This document shows, piece after piece, positions 13,641 through 24,876 of a stretch of 64,000 nucleotides of DNA (position 1 is the first letter of the stretch; each line of letters starts with the position of its first letter). Made by a program: the position numbers and the translations under genes. The notes beneath the pieces were generated by a model. The model ran no database searches. It had not been told where the DNA came from and saw nothing but the letters and a program-made list of their open reading frames with translations. The DNA is from Sphagnum compactum (lineage: Eukaryota), in NCBI GenBank assembly GCA_965153455.1, contig OZ234493.1, positions 7,740,213-7,804,212 of the forward strand. Direction: 5' to 3'.

Positions 13641-14299
13641 TGATCATTGAGAGTTGGGGAAAGAGATTTGGAATGATGGGTAGGTAGGAAACAAATTATT
13701 TTTGGAGGAGCAAGGGCGAGGTTGGGTTTTGGCAGGTGAATAAGAGGAAATGGTAGGTGGGCTTCGAGGGGTGGAGGACGGTCCAACTGAGTTCGGTAAA
13801 CCAAGCAAATGGTGAGGTTTGGTTCATTAGGGTCCACAACCATGACTATTAGGGTGTGTTGCAAACCATGCCATATTTAATTCGTTGTTATTGTTTAGTG
13901 TTTGCCATTGAAATTTTGCTTGAAATTTAAAAATTTATTTTACTTTGGTGCTAAAATCCATTGCCATCTAATCACATCGTATAGAAGCTATCATATAAAA
14001 TGATATGGCATTTTGGTTATGCATTCATTTCTTGAAACCTAGTTTTAAAAAGAACGTTAACAACAAGAAGGTTGTGAGAACTATAAGTTATTAATTTGTA
14101 CCTTGTAAGCATGGGTTATCAATGATGAAAAAGGAACCACACACCACAATAGTAATTCCTTGGAAACAAAAGGAAATACACAAAGCTTTTAAATGAAAGT
14201 CTATTAGCCAATTATGTAGCCTTATTTATGGGTCTTTGGGGATTAGATTGATCCAAACATGCTTTGATGAACTCAATTGACCACCTTTTGGGATTCTCA

Positions 14300-14900
14300 A
14301 TTTTTACAAACACCAACACCAAGAGTCCCAAACCTTGTTGATTACATAGATCCCAAAAACACCATAGCATTGATTATTTCGAATAATGATGATGACTCCC
14401 AAACCTAGGAATGCAAAATTCAATTCTTCACACAATCTAAATTTAACAAGTTTGACAAAAACAACACATTGTTTCCCCAACTACATTCCTAACAACAACT
14501 CAAACTATAGGAATAAGATATGAATTTCAAGCTCCCAACAAAATGGGTACTCTCTTCCTAAACACCCCTTTTCCAAATCAAATCACAACACAATCCCTGT
14601 ACAACACAATTGATTTACCAAAGTGGTCGTTCTTGAAATCCTTAAAACACCTCATCACATCCCTGATCATTGAACTTTAGTTCTATTTCTAAATTACATA
14701 TCTCCTAAAGGAGCTCATGGCACAATGGAACTTGCATAGCCTCCACAAGAAGAATGAGGTTCTCATAGCAAGACTTTCATCCCATTCATCACACACAACC
14801 TCCTAAAGAAAAGAAAAACCAACTCCACAAAACTTATGCACACCACCATTGAAAGCTTTGAAAAATACTTAGTGCATCCATCTCAAAAGTTCATAGCACT
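14300..14900 (-). pseudogene. Possible decayed LINE ORF1 (zinc-knuckle-like) remnant
   Basis: Minus-strand fragments read FDLEKG followed downstream by CCFCQT, resembling LINE ORF1 'DLxKG..CxxC' motifs; heavily interrupted. Confidence 0.3.
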
Positions 14901-17168
14901 TATCCTTCACTTTAGCTCCCTCCTTGATTGATGTCCAACAAAATCATCGCATAGAAACAACACACCATAGAAAGCTTACCCAAAGAAGAACCACAACCAC
15001 AGTTAGTGCCATCAACAATAAAAAATCAATCGCACTCATAACATGCAAGAAAACAAACATGGAACAAAAACAACAACAACAATCCATATCCTTCTTCCCT
15101 TCATCATCAATTGCCGAAAGCCTTGTCGTATTTTGCTTTGGGCGGTTGATGGTACTGCTCCATCCATATAGGGTATCATATTCTAATTTTTCATCACAAA
15201 TTCACCATGTTACGAAAAAGTTTGATATTTCATGCTAGTTTTAGTTGGTAGCTAAATATGTGTGTGCATTGCCAAAAAAACAAAAGAAACAAATTTTTGT
15301 CACCTCTTTTATCACTCATGATCTTTTTTTTTGGGTTGTTGCCTAGGCATGTCGCAAATGTATTGAATGTATTTAAAAATGGGGATGTCAACAACCTTTA
15401 AAAACTTCATACGGTTTTGATTATTTTAAAAACTTTAAAGAACCAGCAGTTTTCATGAAAGGAACCAGCAAACAACTAATGGTTCTCTGGCTGGCTTTTT
15501 GACTTTATATATTTTTGAGAATTGTGGTTATATACCAAAACCGATTCTTTGAGTTTTGAGAACGGATGGGTAAGTGGGTATATACCTGAGTTGATACCTG
15601 ACGGGTGTCTGTCCCTTGATTTTAAGAACCTCCCAACACTGGTCATGACATGCATGTCATTCCCTCATATTTGTTGCTTATAACCCCCCATACTTGTGGA
15701 CATACATAGACAGCTTTTCCCACATTTGGAGCATCTCTATCCTCAGCAGTACAAGAGCTTGTACACACAAGGTTTTGGATGAACCATAGCCTGCAACTGA
15801 GTGTTTGGGCCTGTGAAAATTGCACAGCAAACAATGACCTGCAAGAGGGCCAGTAGAAAGGAAATGATAGTTTTTGATTGGTCATGCATAATGATTCACT
15901 AAGGTGATGACAATTAAAGACTGTGGAACCTTTTCAGGTTTGGCACTTGGCAGCCAAACAATTATTTAACTGCTACTTTAACAAGGATTTTTGAAAATTT
16001 TGATAGAACCTCCAATCCAGTTTGAGACCTAGTTCTTCACATTTCAAGACTCCCAATTCCTAGTTCTTGAAATAAATTTCATAGTTAGGTGTAGTTCCAA
16101 ACCAGATCCAGTTCTACTTACCTACACACAGCCCGAAACTGAAGTTCAAAATACTAACTAATATTGCAAAACCAATAAAAAAGTGACCACATATATGTCT
16201 AAAGTATACATAATCAATTACATGTCTAAAGTAGTGTCGGCAAGTTTTAGGAATTAGGTAGGTTCATGTCCAAGTTTTAAGGTATATGGATCAAAGGTTC
16301 CAAGTTTTAGGTTCCAACCATCGTTGGAACCTAAATGAGCAACTTACCTCTTTTTGAAATCCAATTAAAAATCCAATTGAAGATGTTGCTTCATTTTAAA
16401 CAAGTTTCGGTTCTCTAAGTAGATAAATATAATTTTAATTAATTTATTAAAATGTATAAGCTTGACCTTACATTGTAGGCAAGTTAATATTTTTGATTGA
16501 TTGTATATAATTAATATTGCAGAATCTCTATTCTGAACTATGTGAACTAGTTGAGCAAAGTAGTACCATCAAATTACAAAAAACTAAAAAATTAATGTTT
16601 ATCTATAATGAAAATGGAACTAAACTTGATCTTAAATCATATTGGCTCTAAATTATTTATAAAAATTACCGCCGAAGGCTTTACAAATCCAAAAAACCAA
16701 TTTCAAGACCATACTGGAGGTTCCATAAAGTAAAAATAAAAATAGAGAGTAATTATAATTGGGACAAAAGGTTCCTTTTGAAATTAAGAACTAGATAACT
16801 AAGTCTAAACCCACCCCAAAAAAAAAAACAAAAAAAACATATTTCATGCATGTTCCAAAAGTAACAATTATATATATAAGCACTGTTATTTAAAATTGAA
16901 AATATCAAAATAATCACCTTTTATAACTGCTGGTTCTTTGATAGTTCTTTCAATAAAACCGCTGGTTTCTTTGAGGTTTTTGAAATAACCGCTGGTTCTA
17001 TAACTGGTGGTTCTTTGATTCTTGTTCAAAAAACTGGAACTGTTTGGTTCTGGTTCTCTGATTATGAAAATATGTGAAAGACCTGAACATGAGGTTATTA
17101 TCTAAATCAAATACCCGCCCTGCATGGGTACTCACCGTCCCTCTTATTAGTGTGTTGAGGAATTGTTA

Positions 17169-17551
17169 GTGCATCTCCAGCGGTGCTCAGTATGTGCTCA
17201 GCGGTGCTAAAATATTTTTCACATCCAAGTTTAGTTATGTATGTACTCATTTGCAACCCCACCCATAAAATTGAAAGTGAGACAGCAACTTGGTGGGGGA
17301 CTACTAATAGCAAACCACCTCGACCAATCATTATGATGGGCCAATCAGAAACACTGAGTAGCAGTTAGATCATATTTTTTTTATTACACTTTTTTCTGCA
17401 GGTGCGCAGACCTGGAGCGCATTTTACCAGCCATGGCAAGAGCAGTTATGCGAAGACAAAACCATTTTCCTGAGCCAAACTGCCATATGTTGGATTTTCT
17501 TCGTCCGATTTTACTGTCCAGATCACATACCGAGCACTGCTGGAGATGCTC
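17169..17551 (+). mobile_element. Complete Tourist-like (PIF/Harbinger) MITE, copy A (383 bp)
   Basis: TIRs gtgcatctccagcggtgctcagtatgtg and cacataccgagcactgctggagatgctc; TTA target-site duplication at 17166-17168 and 17552-17554. GAGCATCTCC termini with a TTA/TAA TSD are typical of Harbinger-derived MITEs. Confidence 0.92.
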
Positions 17552-17922
17552 TTATGATTGTAGATAAAGTGGCCTTGGGGAGAATTTAGGGCGTGGACCC
17601 AAAAGTGGGCCAGCAAATTGAGCTAAGCACTGATGTCAGGAAGTAATCAAATAAGTGACTCAAGCAGTGAGGTCATGGCTAGGAGAAATTTGGTCCCTCC
17701 TTGAACAGGGCCAAACCTTGTTGTCCAAATTGCAACCGAATTTTAATTCACACGTTTGTCTTAAGGCATACTCCACATAAAGTTAAGGAAAGAATTTTGA
17801 TATCAAAGTCGAGTTTTATCGGTCGAATCTGAGGAGCCAAAACACATGCATGAACATGCTCCAAGGCAAGTTGAAAATTATTGCACTTTTCGAACAAGAT
17901 AAAAGCAAATTTTATGCAGTAA

Positions 17923-18240
17923 AAACATCTCCAATGGTGCTCAGGGTGTTGATCCTGTAGTGTAAACTGGATGAAGAAAAATCAAAGTATGCCGGTTTGG
18001 CTCAGGAAAATAGTTTTGGCTTAGTTTTGGCTAAGCATTACAGTTTGCTAGCGGTGGCTGTAAAAGGTGCAGCAGTCCTGTGCACGTGTAGAGTGTAATA
18101 AATACGATCTGATTGAGGCTCAATGTTTCTGATTGGCCCATCATAATGATTGGTTTAGGTGGTTTGTGATTAGGAATCCCCCACCTATTTGCTGTCTCAG
18201 TTTCAGTTTTATTGGTGGGGTTGCAAAAAAGCAAATAACT
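17923..18240 (-). mobile_element. Tourist-like MITE copy D (reverse orientation, truncated at inner end)
   Basis: Starts aaacatctccaatggtgctcag after TAA; the body is the reverse complement of copy A; ends abruptly at ..aaataact. Confidence 0.85.
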
Positions 18241-18572
18241 ATTTCTCACATCCAAGTTTAGTTATTTACTTTTTTGCAACCCCACCCATAAAGTTGAAAC
18301 TTCTCAAATAGGTGGTAACCAGTAACTACTAATAGGAAACCACCTAGACCAATCATATGATTGGCCAATTTAAAAACAGGGATAGTCAGATCACATTTAT
18401 TACACTCTTCTCTAGCAAGTGCACAGGTTTGCTGCACGTTTTTACCAGCCTCAGGAAACTGACCAAAAATGCTGGGGCAAAACCGTTTTCCTGAGCCAAA
18501 CCGGCAAATGTTGACTTCTCTTCATCCAATTTAGTGTGCAGGTTCCCATACTGAGCACCATTGGGGATGCTA
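18241..18572 (+). mobile_element. Tourist-like MITE copy E (forward, truncated at inner end)
   Basis: Begins atttctcacatccaagtttagtt (cf. 17215-17235) and ends catactgagcaccattggggatgcta. Confidence 0.85.
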
Positions 18573-18588
18573 CACGAGAATCACCCCT

Positions 18589-19292
18589 GATCAGCTCCAA
18601 GGGTGCTCAGTATGTGACCTTGCAATAAATTATTTTTCTTATCCAAGTTTAGTTTTTTTTTTTCCCATCCTCAGCCATAAAACTAAAACTGGGACATTAT
18701 TATGATTGGCCATTCAGAAACAGGGACTAATAGTTTGATCATATTTATTGCACTCTTCTCTAGCAGGTGTACAAGTTTGCTATACCGGCCTCAACAAGAT
18801 GTCCAAAAAATTGTATAAAATGCTGGGCCAAAATCATTTTGCTGAGCTAAAGGGGCATGTTTTGACTTTTCTTTGTCTAATTTTAATAGGGAGGGTCACA
18901 GACTAAGAGCATATCCAGTGGTGCTCAGTACGGGATCGTGCACAGTAAAATGGATGAAGAAAAGTCAAAATATGCCGATTTGGCTCAAGACAATGGTTTT
19001 GGCTGAGCATAATTGCACAATTTGCGGTGCCTCCTAAAGGGCACAGCAACACTTTCCACTAGAAAATAGTGTAATCTGACTAGCTGCTCAGTGTTTCTGA
19101 TTTGCCCATCATAATGATTGGTCCAAATGGTTCGCACAATTAGTAGTTCCCCACCTATTTGCTGTCCCAGTTACAGTTTTATGGGTGGAGTTGCAAAAAA
19201 GTAAATAATGAAACTTGGATGTGAGAAATATTTTTGCAGGGTTGCATACTGAGCACCATTGGAGATGCTCTGAAGCACAGCTGGGGATACTC
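18589..19292 (+). mobile_element. Tourist-like MITE copy C, interrupted in its right TIR by copy B
   Basis: Left TIR gatcagctccaagggtgctcagtatgtg. The right TIR is split into ..gggtcacagactaa (to 18906) and tgaagcacagctggggatactc (19271-19292), followed by TAA. Confidence 0.8.
18907..19270 (-). mobile_element. Complete Tourist-like MITE copy B (reverse orientation, nested)
   Basis: TIRs gagcatatccagtggtgctcagta and tactgagcaccattggagatgctc; flanks TAA/TGA. Confidence 0.88.
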
Positions 19293-22200
19293 TAAGTAGG
19301 CTCCTGACTCGAGGGTACCAGATAATGAAAGAAAGAGATGATGTGCTACACCAATTCCCATTTGTGGATCCTGGTTAGACTAAAATTACTTACTTTCTTT
19401 GCTGAAGTTTTTGAAATATACTTGCTTGGTATGTCAAAATTTGGAAAGAAATTCAAACACACTAGCTTCATAATTTAGTATTATGCCAAAATTTTAATTT
19501 AATATATTTATACTGCCAAATGTAAATTGCATTTTAATAAATAAACAAATAAATAAGACAGCAATCAAGACACCACTAATATACAAATAAAATAAAAGAT
19601 TTCAAACTAAAAAGACGTCGTTTGTCATAAATTGGCTAGCGACCAAGGTGCACTAGCTGTGATGTGTGAAAGAGATGATCAATGATGAAACCCTGCCAAT
19701 CATAAATAAAACTAAAGCACCCCAAAAAGGGCAGAATACAAGGAACAAAATGGAAGGACCCACATCCAGAAAGAGAAAAGAACCACCAAAAGGGACAAAC
19801 CACCACGAGGGGAAACATCAAGTTCCTTAACCTCCTCATGTTGTGAGAAGCATGTCAAATAAGGAAAGAGGTGGAACTCCTGAAAGGACACCTAGCCTAG
19901 CCTAGAAGAACCCTCACCTACTGCAACAACAGGTGATGAGGAATTTTGCTTCTCAAAAAATGAAGTCATCTGCAGTGTCCAAATCCCATTGAGGAGGTGA
20001 AACTCAAGAGCTCACACTGCACAGTTGCAACTCTCTCTAGGTAGGATGATGGCCCCTAACTTGACAACACATTTGCCATGTGGTCCACAGTTTTATGAGA
20101 TAGACAACATGAAGTATATATCGGTTGTTGAGAATCTTACATTCTATTTGATCTTGTTTGTGCTTTATCCCCTTTCAACATGCATTGAACTTTATTCAGT
20201 GGATTATGGAAATGGCCAAAGTGTGCATGTTTTCACCACATTCTCGCTGTGCCCTTTTCCCGTTCCACTGGCAAGTTTATTCTGTGCACGAGCCTAATCT
20301 CCCCCCCAAGTGGGTATCCTATATTTGTGCACGAGAAGTATTTGTGTGATGGCACAAAAACAAAATAAAAAATAAAATAAAAAAATAAATGTTGAGTGCA
20401 AATATGTGTTTGGGGATAGGCCGTTGCATTTGTTTTTTTGACACCATCATCAAGGCCAATTGAAGGGCTAAAACATAATGGTTGGATTTAAATGTTGGCA
20501 CCTATCCACACAAAGACTACTTTCTACAAAGAAGTGCCTTAACAAAGGTGCCCATAAAACTATGCAGTTATTATTGTTAAGTGACAAAGTGCACATTCCA
20601 TTTCCCTCTGTAGTGTGGTTGGGTTAGGTAAACTGTAATGGCAAATGAAATTAGTTTTTAAAATTTATTATTATTATTTTTTAAGGTGCCAATAAAATCC
20701 ACCACCAATGCATGGCTTGGTTTGTCAAATAAGGATATAAATGTGGATTGGAATGAGGTGTGAAAATTCAACATATCCAATATGAAAAACATTCTTTAAC
20801 TTATTTTCACATGTTCACTTAACTAGAACAAAATGGCCAACAATAGTTGTAAATTGGTCTATACGTTTAGGCAGTTTTAGGGATAATGGGCTTTGTTGCA
20901 ACTTGCATATTATTAATAACTTCATTTTTGAAAAAAGTTGATATGTAGATATGTTAAGGTCTTCAATTAGCATGTGTGCATGTCAATCCAAATTCAAATG
21001 CATTCAAGACATTTATCATCTTAAAAGGCTATTAAGAAAAAAGGAACACAAAAATTGTACTGAGGAGCACTTTTATATGGAATTATTAAACCTTTTTCAA
21101 AATGACTACCCAAATGCTTTTATATGGAGAATGTGTGATGGAATAAATAAAACCTTCACTAAAAGTCCCCCAAGCAAGGGGTACAAACGTGTGCCCAAGC
21201 AACAAAGGACATCTGACCTTTAAAATAAGGGAGTTGCTGTTATGTTGTAGGTATTTGATGATGTCCTCCAATGTCACAATGTCAAAGAATGTTTGAATTC
21301 TTCCAAACAAAGTTAGTTTTGCTTTTGCTTTTTGAAGGTGGCAAGGATTGAGGATGGCACAATAGAAGATAAAAGGTTGGCAAGGACATGAACTTTTGAC
21401 ACGGCCTTTGGCTCACCAAACATTATATAAGTGATTCACGTGCTATGATGGAAACCTCACAAATTCACGGTGCACTCCTCACCACTAAATTGACATACCT
21501 AGTGAGAAACTTTTGGAACCGCAAACGGCAAAACATTTCAATCCTTTTAAATGACAAGCATGGGCTTGCATAAAACAAACATAAAGATGGCATTGCCCTA
21601 ATTGTTGTTTGAATTCAGCAAAATGAACTTCATTTTTAAAAGTATTATCATACACACTAAATTTACTATTTAGTCCTCTATTGAACAATGGTTATGGTAT
21701 GAGTGGCAATATAGGGTGCTGGCGATTAGTGATATAGTGTAGGATTTGTGATACAATTTTGGCTTGAAGTGGGAACCAATTTGTGAGTAACAATTGAAAG
21801 ACCTGGTTGTTCTCTTTGACCTTAGTGTGTTACACCGTTGAGTCATCCCTTATGATTTTGTATAAACCAATGTTATGCATGTAAGTGTAAATCATTTACA
21901 CTTACACGTCCAATGGACATGCCTTTTATGGTCCATTACATGATGAGAGGCTAGAACCCACTTGTTTGTCTTTTGCCACTTGTACAAATTCTTGGCACAG
22001 AGTTGAACACAAAATTTTCAGGAAAAATGACAAAGTCACGATAATACTATTGGACAGATAAAAAAAGATAACTAGAGAGAAAATAAAAATAAAAATTATT
22101 GCACGATGCTTGTGGATAAGTGGAATTAACCAAAAAAAAAATCCCACCTGAAATAATGCTTAACAATTTATGGCAAGATATATTTTAAAATTGTGTGAGA

Positions 22201-23098
22201 GAGAAAGGATGACAATTTGCCTAGTCCCATAACAATTGTAAATAGCCTCTTTATTTTATGGTTACATAATAGAGACGAGAAGAAGCGTGCGCACAAGAGA
22301 GAACATGGTGAAAGTAAGGAAGTGGAAAAAAGAGAGAGAAAGTGACTAAATGATGTGAACGTGCACAACTCTATTCCAAGAAAAATGGGAGGTTAACAAA
22401 TAAGAGGGAGAAAGCGTGGACGAGTGTGGACATGATCCAGATTTAGGGTTTAGGGTTGGATCCAGATCTGATACATGTTGGGTATCACATGAAAAAAAAA
22501 GGAAATAAATAAATAAAACACCAAACATGTTGAAGAATGGAAAGCCCAAGCCAGCTATGGGTGTTCTATTTTCCAAAATGCCATTCAAGTTTTTATTCTT
22601 TGTAATGTGCTCTCTAATTACACTAGGAAAATACAAGGAGGTCTTTATGGCATATTAAAGGCATGAAGTGACAACAATAGGCAAGGTGAAAAAAAGGTTT
22701 TTTTTTGTGGGGTGGAGTCTAGCACGAGCACATGATTCTAGTAAAGCCCTTGGCCAAAGGCTTTACTCTCTATCATTCCAGTGTGCACTCTTTAGTTTCT
22801 CCCCCATCTCACCCATAAACCCTAAAAAAATATTTTTGAGTAGCAAACCTCCAAAAAATAATAGTGATCGAGCAGTTTACATGTGACCTGACCCTAAGGC
22901 GGCCGTGCTTGGTGACCTTGCAATACCCAAGCACATTGGTAATATATTATAGCATGGTAAAAATCTCAAAAATTTCATTTAAATTATTTCTAAAATATTA
23001 GAAATATTAAGAATATTCTCTAAGGCGCCCCCTCCAACTACACTGAAAAAAAAAAAAATTTCTTGGGATGGTAAAAAGTTGTGAACTGAAGGTATTAT

Positions 23099-23238
23099 CA
23101 TTAGTAGAAAAATCCCATTTTTCGACTTGTCTTAGGTGATTAAAAGTGTTTTTTGCGACTATTTTTGATTAAAAATAGTCGCAAAAGACACTTTTAATCG
23201 TGTAAGACAAGTCGAAAAATGGGGTTTTTCTTTTAGTA
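23099..23238. mobile_element. Miniature CACTA-type foldback element (61-bp arms, 4-nt loop)
   Basis: 23106-23166 is the reverse complement of 23171-23231 with 5 mismatches. Termini cattagtagaaaaa and tttttcttttagta resemble CACTAGTAGAAAA TIRs; flanking triplets tat/tgt. Confidence 0.7.
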
Positions 23239-24575
23239 TGTTATTAGCTTGTATGGGTAATTTAGTTTTTTAGTGGGAAGAGAGAAAGGGGGACGCGTGT
23301 GAAAAAGGTCAAGTACTTTTGGAGAGCTTTTGAGGTATTTTGTGCATTTTCCAACTGCCGACATGGGAAGGAAGTGAAGGGGGAAAAGGCCAATTGGGAC
23401 GTGGCCCAGGGGAATGAGAATAAAAATCAGACATGTTTTGACTTCTCTTCATCCAATTTTTTAACTTGCAAAGGTTGCATACCATTTTAATAGTACAAGG
23501 GCAGAGTTTCAACACATGTCTGTCAAAGAATTAATTGAAATAATTAATTTAATTTGGGCTCCACGCTGCTATGCACTACTACAGTGACCACCCACCCATC
23601 ACTTTAAAAAAAAATAAAAAATAAAAAAAATTCCTTATTGTTTGTTTTCTTATGGTTTTCAATAATTCATCATTATTTATGTCAATTGTCAAATTTAATT
23701 TGAATTAAAATACTTATTAATATGGACATGAAAAACACCTGTTAAATTTTGTTTTTTCATATCCATGTTGACGATGGGTAGGGAAAATGAGTGAGATAAT
23801 TAATTATTAGGAAAAACTCGAGATAGTGAAGCTTGGAAACAAAGTAATTAAATTGTCTTTGAAATTGTCCATGGATAACTCTCCTATGATAAGAAGAACT
23901 GTTTTACTCATCCATATATATATCAATCAGTTCCTTGAAACATGTTTGTCACTGAAATTAACTAAGGTAAAAAAAAACACAGTATTTCTAAAATATTCTC
24001 AACTATTCTTTACTCTTTCCTCATTCACCAAAATTTTGGTCTTTTTGAATTTTATTTTTTCTCTCTCTCTCTCTCTTTTCTCTCTCTTTTTGCTTTTTTT
24101 TTTTTTTTTTTTTTTTTTGTGGGTTTTGTCTGGTTTGGTTGCTTTTGTGGATTTGAGAGGAAGAAGTAGTAGATGAGAAGAAGAAGAAGAAGAAGAAGAA
24201 AAAGAAAAGAACAACTCCTTTCAAGAGGCTATAAGAGTGGCTGCTGCTGTTGCAGCAGGTTGTATGGTACAAGACGACAAAAGTTTTGATCTTCCCTGGC
24301 AAGGAAAAAAGCAAAGCAGCTTTTTCTTGTTGAAACCTCCAAGTGTCACCAAGCCTTTCCTTCTCGACCCTCCTTGCAATGTAGAACAAGAATCACCCGG
24401 TCTTATTTGAGTTTCTGGAAGCTGCTCAAGTTGTAGAGAAAAGGACAACAAACATATGGAACAAAAAAGGATTGCAACTCTCCCTCCCCCCTGGTGATGA
24501 TGATGAGGCACTTGTCTGACCCCCCCCCCCTCCCTCCCACCCCCCCAATCCCCGGCCTCAAGATGATGATGATGA

Positions 24576-24583
24576 TATATAAG
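24576..24583 (+). promoter_or_regulatory. Candidate TATA box of the F-box/kelch gene
   Basis: TATATAAG followed ~25 bp later by a CT-rich tract (24608-24632) typical of plant transcription starts and 5' UTRs; ~300 bp upstream of ATG 24877. Confidence 0.5.
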
Positions 24584-24876
24584 CTCTGGTCTTATGTGGT
24601 GAGGCCATCTCTCCTTCTCTCTCTCTCTCTCCAGTGAGTCAGCAACTGCCTAAGTATCTGAGCTCAACAAATCCTAGTCCTCACCTGAGGCACAAAAGCT
24701 TGAGATTCGCAGGAGTGCTTCAAGGGTTTCTTGTAAAACTGGGAGGGAAAATGGGGGCTCTCAAATGGTGATTGACAAGCTTGTGGGTTTGTCTCCAGAA
24801 TGCAATCTGTTATTCATTTAGTGATTTAGGAGTGAGGGGAAGAAGAAGGGAAAGGGAAGGGAAGGGAAGACGAGAA

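Noticed and set aside
23826..24511. ORFs with poly-Phe/Lys/His tracts upstream of the F-box gene
   Set aside because: Products of poly-T, (GAA)n and (TGA)n microsatellites; no recognisable protein.
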